A stretch of 64,000 nt of DNA from Prochlorococcus sp. AG-363-C02. Lineage in GTDB: Bacteria; Cyanobacteriota; Cyanobacteriia; PCC-6307; Cyanobiaceae. Under the pieces are notes generated by a model. The model ran no database searches. It was given only the letters and a program-made list of their open reading frames with translations, and was not told where the DNA came from. Shown one piece after another: positions 12,276 through 22,020 of this stretch. Made by a program: the position numbers and the translations under genes. Every line of letters starts with the position of its first letter. The stretch's first letter is position 1. The stretch lies in assembly GCA_003278345.1 (NCBI GenBank), contig QCFH01000004.1:10431-74430 (forward strand), in the 5' to 3' direction.

Positions 12276-13154
12276 TTATGGCAACCAATCAAATTCTGAG
12301 AAATCAGGCTGCCTCTTTTGTAAGAAAGCATTTTTCCCTTCTCTTGCCTCAGCAGTCTTATAAAAAAGATGTGTTGCATGACCTGCTAGCTCCTGTATGC
12401 CAGACAAACCATCTGTTTCAGCATTAAAAGCTGCCTTAAGACAACGTATTGAAGTAGGACTGTTTTTTAAGATTTCCCTAGCCCATCTGACCCCTTCTGC
12501 TTCTAATTCTTCAATAGGTGTGATTGAATTTATAAGTCCAAATTTTAAAGCATCCTCTGCCCCATATTGTCTGCACAAAAACCAGATCTCTCTTGCTTTT
12601 CTTTGACCAACAACTCTTGCCAAATATCCCGCTCCAAATCCCCCATCAAAACTACCAACTTTAGGACCTGTTTGACCAAAGACAGCATTCTCTGCAGCCA
12701 AACTTAAATCACAAAGAAGGTGTAAAACCTGACCTCCGCCAATTGCATAGCCAGCAACAAGTGCAATTACAACCTTTGGAAGGCTTCTAATGATTCTTTG
12801 CAAATCAAGAACATTTAAACGGGGCAATCCTTCATCATCCACATAACCTCCATCACCTCTGATACTTTGATCTCCTCCTGAACAAAAAGCATATCCACCA
12901 TCATTAGCTGGTGAAACACCAGTAAATAAAACAACTCCTATATCTTTTGCTTCTCGTATTTTTGTAAAAGCGTGGCAAAGTTCAGTAACTGTAAGTGGTC
13001 TAAAAGCATTTCTCTTTTCAGGTCTATTTATAGCTACTCTTGCAATACCCTCATCACTTTTATCTAGAAATATATCCTTATACTCTCCCCATTTTTCCCA
13101 CGAGGTAACAACTTCACCTGGCAATACTCTTCTCGAAGAACTAGAGAAATTCAA
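12276..13154 (-). CDS. menB: 1,4-dihydroxy-2-naphthoyl-CoA synthase
   Basis: [23 protein letters not shown] and AREIWFLC motifs. Confidence 0.97.
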   Translation of the reverse strand: MNFSSSSRRVLPGEVVTSWEKWGEYKDIFLDKSDEGIARVAINRPEKRNAFRPLTVTELCHAFTKIREAKDIGVVLFTGVSPANDGGYAFCSGGDQSIRGDGGYVDDEGLPRLNVLDLQRIIRSLPKVVIALVAGYAIGGGQVLHLLCDLSLAAENAVFGQTGPKVGSFDGGFGAGYLARVVGQRKAREIWFLCRQYGAEDALKFGLINSITPIEELEAEGVRWAREILKNSPTSIRCLKAAFNAETDGLSGIQELAGHATHLFYKTAEAREGKNAFLQKRQPDFSEFDWLP

Positions 13155-13200
13155 TTTATTTAAATTGCTATGAAATTCATAATAATATTATTCATTATAA

Positions 13201-15033
13201 TTAATCGATAATCTTCTTCAAATCATTAACAATCTGCTTCCTTAATAAACTGTCTTCTCTTGCATTTGTACATACATGTAGCAAAACAGGTCCAGATAAT
13301 TGCATTGCCCACTCAATACCATCTTTTAAATCGTTGAAAGTTAAGATCTTTCTAAATGGAATCTTATGGGACATTGCAATATCAGATGGATTTGAGGTTT
13401 GTGGCATGGAAAATAGAGAGTCAATATTACCTACATAAAAATCATCTAAATCAATCTGTCTAAAGATACCTCCTCCCTGATTATCAATTAAAATAATGAT
13501 TAGAGGATTTTTTTTAGGCTCTGATAGTAAAAGTGCATTACTATCATGAAGAAATGCCAAGTCACCACACACAAGAATTAAAGATCCAATAGCAATTGAT
13601 ATACCTATAGCTAAGGAAATATTGCCGTCTATGCCTGATGCACCTCTGAAACTAAAACATTTTCTAGTTAAGGCCAATTTTCCTGAAAATGTTAGAAAAT
13701 CTCTTACAGGACTACTAGAAGATAGCATTATAGGAAATGATCTTGGTAAATAGTGTAATAATTTTCTAGCAATACTTATTTCATTAACTATTGCATTTTT
13801 ATCAATATTATTTTGTAACCAAATTCTAATCAACTTATCTTTTGAATAAAGTTTAGAAGAAAAAATTATAGATTCTCTACCTGGTTTTAAATCCATACCT
13901 TTATATTTTTCTATTAAAAGGGTTAACCAACATTTCATTCCTTTTGAATACTGTTCTGCAAGCAAAAGAGGATCTAGAAATCTTTCTTCTCCTTCTGTAA
14001 TAAGTATCTGTTTCCCTTTAGTTTCTTTTAAAAAAGACTCAAGTTTTCTACTTGAAGATAATGGTCCCAATCTTAAAATTTGTATATTACATCCTTTGGT
14101 AAAAACTGACGCCGCAATCAACAATTCCCAAAACTGAACAACTCCAGATTGTTCACTATCAATGCCAGACAAAGGATCTGCAAATACTGGCCATCCGCTT
14201 AAAAACTGAAAATTCTTTAATGATTCTCTAAATTCTTTTAAATCGTTTGGTCTGCCCCTCCAGGGTCCCACCAAAATCAAACCAGGTTTTGAAGGATCCA
14301 ACTTCGGAAAATTTGTTAATACATTTCCCAATTTTTCTTTTTTTTTGTCTTCTTCCGCGACTAATTCTTGTTTATAAGAAATAGGTTTCCATCCCATCAA
14401 AACTTCCTTCTGTTCTTCATATGAAGGATGTAGTGGTTCTTCAATCGGAATATTTAAATGAACTGGACCCGTTTTAAAATGAGCTCCTTTCCAAGACCTT
14501 TTAACAATTGAATCTACTTTTCTACTTGAAATGATTAGATGAATGCCATCTTTAGGAGCATTAATTACTTCTCTACATACAGGTAATAAAAATTCCTCTT
14601 GATTAACTGTCTGATTTGCTCCGCAATTTTTGAGTCTTGCAGGCCTATCTGCTGTAATAAAGATAATAGGCAAACAAGACCTATCGGCTTCTACTGCAGC
14701 GGGCAGTAAGTTGCTTACAGCAGTGCCTGAAGTTGTTATTACAATACTTGCCTTACCTGTTGCAGCTGCTAAGCCTAATGCCAGAAACGCAGCAGATCTC
14801 TCATCAATGGCAGGGTAAAATTTAGTACCTGATTTATTAGCAATTGCTCCTACTGCCAAAGCAAGCGGGGAGGATCTGCTCCCTGGGCAAAGAACAATAT
14901 GTTCCAAGCCTTCTGCTTTAAAACCCTCTAAAAGCTTAAGGCAAATAAAATAATTTTTGCGTGATAATGACAGTGCAAGAAAAGTGACTTCTCTAATCTT
15001 CTCAAAAAGAAGAATCTTTTGCAGCTTACACAA
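13201..15033 (-). CDS. menD: SEPHCHC synthase (ThDP-dependent); true start probably downstream of 15033
   Basis: PGSRSSPL, DERSA, TSGTA, RGASGIDG and GDLAFLHD motifs; adjacent to menB. Confidence 0.95.
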   Translation of the reverse strand: MCKLQKILLFEKIREVTFLALSLSRKNYFICLKLLEGFKAEGLEHIVLCPGSRSSPLALAVGAIANKSGTKFYPAIDERSAAFLALGLAAATGKASIVITTSGTAVSNLLPAAVEADRSCLPIIFITADRPARLKNCGANQTVNQEEFLLPVCREVINAPKDGIHLIISSRKVDSIVKRSWKGAHFKTGPVHLNIPIEEPLHPSYEEQKEVLMGWKPISYKQELVAEEDKKKEKLGNVLTNFPKLDPSKPGLILVGPWRGRPNDLKEFRESLKNFQFLSGWPVFADPLSGIDSEQSGVVQFWELLIAASVFTKGCNIQILRLGPLSSSRKLESFLKETKGKQILITEGEERFLDPLLLAEQYSKGMKCWLTLLIEKYKGMDLKPGRESIIFSSKLYSKDKLIRIWLQNNIDKNAIVNEISIARKLLHYLPRSFPIMLSSSSPVRDFLTFSGKLALTRKCFSFRGASGIDGNISLAIGISIAIGSLILVCGDLAFLHDSNALLLSEPKKNPLIIILIDNQGGGIFRQIDLDDFYVGNIDSLFSMPQTSNPSDIAMSHKIPFRKILTFNDLKDGIEWAMQLSGPVLLHVCTNAREDSLLRKQIVNDLKKIID

Positions 15034-15041
15034 TTAATGAA

Positions 15042-15632
15042 ATGGAATCATCTAGTCCAAACAACGCTAAAGACAAAAAAGGTGGCTGGAAAAATCTTTT
15101 AATATGGATATTTATTGCAATTTTATTAAGGTGGCAAGTCATAGAACCAAGGTGGATTCCTTCAGGCTCAATGTTGCCTACATTAAATATTAGAGAAAGA
15201 CTATTAATAGAAAAGGTTAGTCCAAAACTCAATAAATTATTTGGAACAAATCCCAAAAGAAACTCTATTGTGATTTTCAAAGCTCCCCAAATACTTATAG
15301 ATGCAGGATATGAAAGTAATCAAGCCTTAATAAAAAGAGTTGTGGGAATTCCTGGGGATACATTAAAAATTCATAATGGAAAATTATTTAGAAATGATAT
15401 TGATTTAAATGAGCCTTGGATTCTAGAAAAAATGAAATATGAAATGGATTTAATTACTGTTCCAGCTGACTCAATCTGGGTACTAGGTGACAATCGAAAC
15501 AACAGTTTGGACTCTCATTTGTGGGGCCCATTACCTGTAAAAAACATTCTGGGAACAGCTGTTTTAAGATACTGGCCATTAAATAGAATTGCATTTATTC
15601 GGTTCCCCGCCTCACAAAAGAATGACTATTAA
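15042..15632 (+). CDS. lepB: Signal peptidase I
   Basis: IPSGSMLPTL (catalytic Ser), IKRVVG (catalytic Lys), GDNRNNSLDS. Confidence 0.95.
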   Translation: MESSSPNNAKDKKGGWKNLLIWIFIAILLRWQVIEPRWIPSGSMLPTLNIRERLLIEKVSPKLNKLFGTNPKRNSIVIFKAPQILIDAGYESNQALIKRVVGIPGDTLKIHNGKLFRNDIDLNEPWILEKMKYEMDLITVPADSIWVLGDNRNNSLDSHLWGPLPVKNILGTAVLRYWPLNRIAFIRFPASQKNDY

Positions 15633-15676
15633 CCCCTTCTTGCGATAAGGTCTATAGATACTTAGGACTCCATTGG

Positions 15677-16027
15677 ATGTTTAACCCAGAGTTTCTAGCT
15701 GCAGATAACAATGATTCAAATGAAGGCAATGCCCTGATTCAATACCTACAAGAACAATCACCAGATGTTCTTCAAAGAGTAGCCAAATCCGCAAGTACTG
15801 ATATACAAGATATTATTAGACACAATGTTCAAGGTCTTCTAGGAATGCTTCCTGGGGATCAATTTGAAGTAAAAGTAACTTCCTCAAGAGACCATTTTGC
15901 AAACCTTCTTGCTTCAGCAATGATGACTGGATATTTCCTAAGACAAATGGAACAACGTAAGGAACTTGAAGAATCACTTTTGTCAGATGAAGAGATGTCA
16001 ATTAATCCTGATGATTTTAGTCTTTAA
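15677..16027 (+). CDS. DUF760 family conserved cyanobacterial protein
   Basis: N.L..YLQ...P, NVQGLLG and LLASAMMTGYFLRQMEQR family signature. Confidence 0.85.
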   Translation: MFNPEFLAADNNDSNEGNALIQYLQEQSPDVLQRVAKSASTDIQDIIRHNVQGLLGMLPGDQFEVKVTSSRDHFANLLASAMMTGYFLRQMEQRKELEESLLSDEEMSINPDDFSL

Positions 16028-17213
16028 AAGTATCTAACGGCTTTTCAGGAACAACTCGGTTTTTCAAAAGATTCTTGTCTAATAAATATAAAAAGGACCA
16101 ATTTCCTTTGGAAATTTGCCACTCAGAAAAGTTAATCTTATTTCTAAACTCAATACAATCTCTTTGTGTAAATTTTATAGGTGCAGTAAAGTGAGCTGGG
16201 ATAATTCTCTTTATTTCTTTTATTTCTTTTATTTCATCAAGCCATCTAAGAAACTCAACTTTTGCTCTTGGAAAAACTAATCTTTTAATAACTGGTGCAA
16301 CTTGTAAAATAGGTTTTTCTTTACCAACTATATCTTTAGCTGACAAATCCCAATTCTTTTCCCATTTAAAGGGGAATATACCAAAATGTGATTTTAATGA
16401 ACGTAATCCCGGCTTAAAAGAATTCTTAAGAATGTCGCTAATAGGAGGTATTTTAAGTTGATCAGGTTTTAAATAAGAAGCAAATAAAACAAGTCTCTTC
16501 CATCCTTTTCTTCTTGCTTTAGGAGAATCTTCAAGCGGTTGATCACCTTTATCTCTTGCATGAAACAATAGAGGAGTAGGGTCATTATCGAATAATTTAG
16601 GTGGTTCCGAATCGATACCAACCAAGGCATCTGTAACGATTAAAGATTGAGAACTTTTATGATAACAAGCAATCTCTTGAAATCTACCAAGACCTATATC
16701 AATAGGTCCTAAAGAAATCCACCTACAAATTCCTTTATGTGGCAAACCATCTGCAAACATAATCCGTGTTCTTTTAGATGGGAAACCAAGCCAAGATAAA
16801 GGAAAGTTAAAAGGGAAGCTCCATTGACCTGGACACACCCAAAGAGTTGAGTCTGGAAATACTCTTGCCATTGCAGGCATTGCTACCTTATGTTCTAATC
16901 CTGATGCTGTTGGGAGGACTATCGTACATATTGGGCCATATTTTTCTTGAAGTACTTTTAAAGCTAAAATCAAAGATTTCGTAGGAGGCAAAGGATTAAT
17001 TAACATCAACCCTTTGGGGACTTTAACAACAACCATTCTTATTGGTACTGCTACATAATAAAGACCTTGAAGTTGTTCAAATCCCCACACCAAATTTGGG
17101 ACTAGCTCTGAAAACATTGTGTTTCTTGATCCATAAGGATAAAGAGGAAACAAAGGCCACCAGAACCAATTATTATCTTTGGACAAAGTAACGTTTAAGT
17201 CTAAATTAGACAT
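16017..17213 (-). CDS. DUF4336 family protein (metallo-beta-lactamase-like fold)
   Basis: WWPLFPLYPYG, IRMVVVK, GLEHK, LIVTDA and IIPAHF motifs. Confidence 0.8.
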   Translation of the reverse strand: MSNLDLNVTLSKDNNWFWWPLFPLYPYGSRNTMFSELVPNLVWGFEQLQGLYYVAVPIRMVVVKVPKGLMLINPLPPTKSLILALKVLQEKYGPICTIVLPTASGLEHKVAMPAMARVFPDSTLWVCPGQWSFPFNFPLSWLGFPSKRTRIMFADGLPHKGICRWISLGPIDIGLGRFQEIACYHKSSQSLIVTDALVGIDSEPPKLFDNDPTPLLFHARDKGDQPLEDSPKARRKGWKRLVLFASYLKPDQLKIPPISDILKNSFKPGLRSLKSHFGIFPFKWEKNWDLSAKDIVGKEKPILQVAPVIKRLVFPRAKVEFLRWLDEIKEIKEIKRIIPAHFTAPIKFTQRDCIEFRNKINFSEWQISKGNWSFLYLLDKNLLKNRVVPEKPLDTFKD

Positions 17214-17215
17214 AA

Positions 17216-18079
17216 TTAATTTAAATTATTAAATTTCAATATTCCATGTCTAGGCGCAAAAAGAAAAGCTATTAAGAATAATACTGTTTGTACAAGCACT
17301 ATTGAACCTCCTGTTTCTATGTCTGACCAATAACTAATATATACACCTAATGTACTAGAAATAATACTACTTATAATGGCAATTATTGTCATTCTATCAA
17401 ATCTATCAGTCATCAAATAGGCTGTAGCACCAGGAGTTATTAACATTGCAACTACAAGGATAATACCAACAGTTTGCAGTCCTGCAACTGCTGCTAAAGA
17501 TAATATAGATAATAAAAGATAATGAAGTAATCCTGTATTTATTCCAATAGATCTAGCATGGGTTGGATCAAAACAATATAGCATTAAATCTCTTCTAAAA
17601 ACAATTAGAACTCCTACTACAATAAGGCAAATAATAATTGTTTGTGTTAAATCAGAATTCGAAATACCTAATGGACTTCCAAATAAAATATGCATTAAGT
17701 CAATATTACTTTTTATCTTTGACACAAGGACTAAACCAAGAGCAAAGAAGCCAGTAAAAACAAGACCTATAACCGTATCTTCTTTAACTCTAGATTTTTG
17801 TTTGACAAATCCTATTAACGCTACAGAACCAACACCGAAAACAAATGCTCCTATTGAAAAAGGTATTCCCAAGGCATAAGCAACCACGACACCAGGCATG
17901 ACTGCATGAGATACTGCATCTCCCATGAGAGCCCATCCCTTAAGGGTCATATAACAAGAAAGTAAACCACAAACACCACCTACAATGGTACTAATCATTA
18001 AAGCTCTTCTCATGAAATCATGAGAAAGAGGTTCCACTAAAAAAGAGATAGGTTTTATTGCGATAAAAAAATCATACAT
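17216..18079 (-). CDS. mntB: Mn2+/Zn2+/Fe2+ ABC transporter permease
   Basis: LMGDAVSHAVMPG, EDTVIG and FDP motifs; multiple TM helices. Confidence 0.9.
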   Translation of the reverse strand: MYDFFIAIKPISFLVEPLSHDFMRRALMISTIVGGVCGLLSCYMTLKGWALMGDAVSHAVMPGVVVAYALGIPFSIGAFVFGVGSVALIGFVKQKSRVKEDTVIGLVFTGFFALGLVLVSKIKSNIDLMHILFGSPLGISNSDLTQTIIICLIVVGVLIVFRRDLMLYCFDPTHARSIGINTGLLHYLLLSILSLAAVAGLQTVGIILVVAMLITPGATAYLMTDRFDRMTIIAIISSIISSTLGVYISYWSDIETGGSIVLVQTVLFLIAFLFAPRHGILKFNNLN

Positions 18080-18083
18080 ATAT

Positions 18084-18866
18084 CTATTCTTTATAAGAAA
18101 TTGAGCCAGATATAGGATTTGGAGTCATCCCTCCAAAGGTCATTGAAAGATTTTCTGTAGTAAAGACCTCCGCAGTGTTTCCATAAGCTAGTACTGTTTT
18201 ATTTATTAGAACTACTAAATCACAGAAATCTCTTACATGACCCAAGTCATGAGTCGAGATTAAAATTGATCTTCCATCTTGTCGTAATTGCAAGAACAAT
18301 TCAGCCATAAGTTTTTCAGTTCTGATATCAACTCCAGCAAAAGGCTCATCTAATAAAAGAATAGATGCTCTCTGAGCAATCGCCCTAGCCAAGAAAGCTC
18401 TTTTGCGCTGTCCTCCTGAAAGTTCTCCGATAGGAGATTGTTTGAGATGAAGCAATTCCACTCTTTCAAGAGCATGAACAACTGCTTTTTTATCAGATTC
18501 TCTTGGTACTCTCAAAAAATTCATAGACCCATATCTACCCATCATCACAACATCCCAAACACTTACTGGGAAAGTGCAATCTATTCCCTCATTTTGCGGA
18601 ACATATGCTACTGATTGATCTTTTTGAGCATTTGATACTGAAGAACCATTAATGAGAATTCTCCCTCTTGATGGACGAACGAAACCCATCAATGCTTTAA
18701 ATAAGGTTGTTTTTCCAGCTCCATTCATCCCAACAAGACCACAAATGCATGATGAATTAAGCTTTAAGCTGGCATCATAAAGGGCTACTGTGCCGTTATA
18801 GTCAACACAAACCTGGTCGGCCTGAATTCTAATTGTGTCTATATTTTCTTTAGTTCTATGTTCCAT
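18084..18866 (-). CDS. mntA: Mn2+/Zn2+ ABC transporter ATP-binding protein
   Basis: GMNGAGKTT Walker A, LSGGQ signature, LLDEPFAGVD. Confidence 0.9.
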   Translation of the reverse strand: MEHRTKENIDTIRIQADQVCVDYNGTVALYDASLKLNSSCICGLVGMNGAGKTTLFKALMGFVRPSRGRILINGSSVSNAQKDQSVAYVPQNEGIDCTFPVSVWDVVMMGRYGSMNFLRVPRESDKKAVVHALERVELLHLKQSPIGELSGGQRKRAFLARAIAQRASILLLDEPFAGVDIRTEKLMAELFLQLRQDGRSILISTHDLGHVRDFCDLVVLINKTVLAYGNTAEVFTTENLSMTFGGMTPNPISGSISYKE

Positions 18867-18877
18867 TCTTATAGGGA

Positions 18878-19834
18878 TTAATTAGGAAGGAATCCTTTTA
18901 GAATCAATTTCACGTTGTGCCTTTGCATCTCTAAAAATGTAGGTGCGGGTCCATCAACGTCTGAAAGAGAATCAACAAAAAATTTACCACCAAAAGTAGC
19001 CTTTGTTATTCGAGCAACTTCCAATTGAGGTTTTTCGCTAACAGTGGATTCGCAAAAAACAACTGGGACTTTAGCTTCATTTACCGTATCTATTAGAGAT
19101 TGCATCCTACGAGGAGTAACTTGACTTTCTGCATTTACTGGCCATAAATAAGCTTCCTTAAATCCGTAATCGTCTGCCAAATAAGACAAAGCACCTTCAC
19201 AACTAACAATTATTCTCTTTTCTGGAGGAATTAGATCTAGAGCCTGCTTAAGTTCTAAATCAAGAATTCTTAATTTGTTTTTGTAACTCTCACCATTTGA
19301 TATAAAAAGCTCTTTACCATCTGGGTCTATAGCAATAAAGGCTTTTACAAGATTATCTACATAATAAATAGATCTTTTAGGAGACATCCAGGCATGCGGG
19401 TTTGGTTTGCCATTGTAAGAATCTCCTTTGATATAAAGAGGTGTCATTCCATCTGACAAGACAACTCTGGGAACATCTTTTAAAGAAGCGGTAAACTTCT
19501 TTGCCCAAAGTTCTAATCCTAATCCGTTTTCTATAATTAGGTTTGCTTTTGAAGCTCTAACTAAATCACTTGGAGTAGGTTGGTATCCATGAATTTCTGC
19601 TCCAGGTTTAGTTATTGACTCTATTTCTATTCTTTCTCCTGAAATATTTGAAGCAATATCTGCTAGTACTGTAAAAGTCGTTAAAGCAACAGGTTTAGAG
19701 TCTATTTTTAGTAATTTTTTATCTTCTAAATTTCTTCTGCAAGATGATAAAAATAGGGCAAAAAAAACTACGCCTATCATTAAATATTTCTGTTGTTTTT
19801 TTGCTAAAAAAAATGAAATCAATGTTATCGACAA
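18878..19834 (-). CDS. mntC: Metal ABC transporter substrate-binding lipoprotein, MntC/PsaA type
   Basis: Lipobox LSSC; His (EIHGY), His (NPHAW), Glu (CEST) and Asp (VDSL) ligand set; no His-rich loop, favouring Mn/Fe over Zn. Confidence 0.85.
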   Translation of the reverse strand: MSITLISFFLAKKQQKYLMIGVVFFALFLSSCRRNLEDKKLLKIDSKPVALTTFTVLADIASNISGERIEIESITKPGAEIHGYQPTPSDLVRASKANLIIENGLGLELWAKKFTASLKDVPRVVLSDGMTPLYIKGDSYNGKPNPHAWMSPKRSIYYVDNLVKAFIAIDPDGKELFISNGESYKNKLRILDLELKQALDLIPPEKRIIVSCEGALSYLADDYGFKEAYLWPVNAESQVTPRRMQSLIDTVNEAKVPVVFCESTVSEKPQLEVARITKATFGGKFFVDSLSDVDGPAPTFLEMQRHNVKLILKGFLPN

Positions 19835-19862
19835 ATAAAAAATCTAATAGATTAAATCCTTA

Positions 19863-21209
19863 TTAGCCAATCTGAGGTTGAATATTGTTTCTTTCTTTAA
19901 CTTGGTTGTTGATCCAATTTTTAGATTGAAGGAGAAAACCAGACCAATCAACCTTCTCCTTTTCTGCTGCTTTAGCTACTAAGGATGGAGCTTGAAGCTT
20001 AAGTAATTCCAAATCAGGCTTTGAAACACCATTATTTAAAGCCATCCAGTCAGCCATAGATGTTCCTACAACCCTTGTCAAATAAGCAGCACTTATTGCT
20101 TGCATAGTACCTGCTGCCAACCAAGTGCCTCCATGCAATTTAGCTACCCCTAGAAGCGCCTGACCAGTCCATTCAACAACTCCTTGCGCCAATGCGGCCA
20201 TGGCCAACTGACGGGCAACAGCATTTAGCAAATCAGGTCTCAAATTGCACGACCAAATCGAACCCATTTCTTGAATCATGAGGCCATTGACAACTGCTAC
20301 AGATAAAAGATCAGTAGAAGGAACTGGCGATGCAAATACAGCTCCGGCAACAATCCATTGAGAACGATTCTGAATAGAACGAAATTTATCTCTCCTTAGA
20401 TTTTCTAGATCCGATTGCCAAGAAGAATGTAATCTAGACAACAATCGTTGACGAGTTATATCAAAATTACGCTTTGGTTTATCTAAACATCTTCTAATGG
20501 GAGTCAAAGTGTTTTTAATTTCATCAGTAGTTTTATTCCATTTCAATATTCTGTTTTCCCAACGAGATGGCAATTGAGATTGAAGCTCTTTTAGCTCATC
20601 ACACCAATCAAAATCATCTTTAGTGCAAGCTATTATCCATGAAGGCAAGTCATTTGGAATTTTCTTAAGCCATAGCAAATCAACTGCTCTTAAAGGTAAT
20701 GGCAAGCAATAAACTATAATATCTTGCTCAAATATTTCGTTAGGCAATTCCCACGATTGATTATTTAAAGGTAGAGAAGAAGAACACGCAAGATCTAATG
20801 GATTAGAGCTTTTAAGAGCATCTTGCAAATCATTTGATTTAGGAAAAGTAATACCTTTTGTACTTAAAAAAGTTAAAGATTGGGGTGTATCACGTGATAA
20901 CAATTTCTCAAGCTCAGAAGTCCTTTCTGCAGATTTTTTCAAATGTTCGCCTGGCTCTTCTAAAGCCTCAAATTGCAATAGAACTTCTTTACAGCGTTTA
21001 ATCCATCCTTTAACAGAATCAGGAGGGACAAATAAACCTTTAGAAGGGTTTGAAATCAACCAAACTCCCGCTCCAGCAGCTAAAACTGCAAGACCTCCTG
21101 ATGGGATATGAACAAGATCATTTACCACCCATTGCCCAGCAATTATGGAGCCTAGAACTAAACCCACTTTTCCAACTGGTAATGATGGAATGTTAAAAGA
21201 ACCTTTCAT
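19863..21209 (-). CDS. YcjF/DUF697 family membrane-associated protein
   Basis: N-terminal TM segments; C-terminal QWIVAGAVFASPVPSTDLL and QAISAAYLTR motifs. Confidence 0.75.
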   Translation of the reverse strand: MKGSFNIPSLPVGKVGLVLGSIIAGQWVVNDLVHIPSGGLAVLAAGAGVWLISNPSKGLFVPPDSVKGWIKRCKEVLLQFEALEEPGEHLKKSAERTSELEKLLSRDTPQSLTFLSTKGITFPKSNDLQDALKSSNPLDLACSSSLPLNNQSWELPNEIFEQDIIVYCLPLPLRAVDLLWLKKIPNDLPSWIIACTKDDFDWCDELKELQSQLPSRWENRILKWNKTTDEIKNTLTPIRRCLDKPKRNFDITRQRLLSRLHSSWQSDLENLRRDKFRSIQNRSQWIVAGAVFASPVPSTDLLSVAVVNGLMIQEMGSIWSCNLRPDLLNAVARQLAMAALAQGVVEWTGQALLGVAKLHGGTWLAAGTMQAISAAYLTRVVGTSMADWMALNNGVSKPDLELLKLQAPSLVAKAAEKEKVDWSGFLLQSKNWINNQVKERNNIQPQIG

Positions 21210-21450
21210 GAAATTAACTTTCGCCTCCTACTAACTTAACTGCATAATTTTTATTAAAGCAAATATATATAAATAAAAAAGCCTTTAAAACCTTGATTTT
21301 TCAGTAGAAATTCTCACAAAGATTAACTCTTTCTTTTTTCTTATGACTTTATCAATATCAAAAAACGTGTGAATCTGCTCAACGAGTCCAACTAAACTTC
21401 TCGATAGGGGCAACGATAGTCCAAAATTACATTAATAGTAACCAAATAAA

Positions 21451-22014
21451 ATGGGTGATTCCTACGGAGATTCTCAAAGGACAAAAAGCTATCAAGGCCA
21501 AGGGGCTAGAGATACTGGCAGAGGAAGTTTCAAAGGAGGTCGAGGAGGGAATAATCGAGAAGGAGGTGGTTTTAGAATACGCTTAAGTGACAATGAAATG
21601 AGATCAGCAAAAATAATTCAAGAAGCCTTTAACCTTCGCTCTACCGTTGCAGTATTAGGTTTTGCGCTTAGGACACTTGGTCAAATGATTCAAGATGGAA
21701 AACTTGATGATCTCATCAATCAATATCGTTCTCAAGCTCCACATGACAATTTCAATAGAAATCAATCAGTAAAGGGAGTTAAAAGAGTTGACACAAACAC
21801 AAATTCGAAGCCAAATCCATTTGCAAGGCCAGCTAAACCAGAGCCTGAAGCCGAACCAGAAGCAACTTCCAATTCTGAAGATTCAACTAGTGATAAATCA
21901 TTAACTACTGCTGACCCAAACATAAACTCCAATGAAGAAATTGAAAGTACTGAAAAATCAAAAGATAAAACTATAGAAGTAAAAGAGCAACAAACCACAA
22001 CATCTAACGAATAA
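21451..22014 (+). CDS. Conserved hypothetical protein (RGG-rich N-terminus, RHH-like core, acidic tail)
   Basis: 187-aa ORF with ATG start, 6 bp before trpS. Confidence 0.8.
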   Translation: MGDSYGDSQRTKSYQGQGARDTGRGSFKGGRGGNNREGGGFRIRLSDNEMRSAKIIQEAFNLRSTVAVLGFALRTLGQMIQDGKLDDLINQYRSQAPHDNFNRNQSVKGVKRVDTNTNSKPNPFARPAKPEPEAEPEATSNSEDSTSDKSLTTADPNINSNEEIESTEKSKDKTIEVKEQQTTTSNE

Positions 22015-22020
22015 AAATCA

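Noticed and set aside
13160-13200. AT-rich palindromes (TATGAAATTCATA, AATAATATTATT) resembling a Fur box upstream of menB
   Set aside because: Nearly pure A/T; such matches are expected by chance at this composition.
19810-19860. Possible Zur/Fur/MntR operator before mntC
   Set aside because: No convincing palindrome; only partial AT-rich similarity.
21285-21413. 42-aa minus-strand TTG ORF in the YcjF / RGG-protein divergent spacer
   Set aside because: No RBS or recognisable motif; it occupies space needed for divergent promoters and is compatible with chance.
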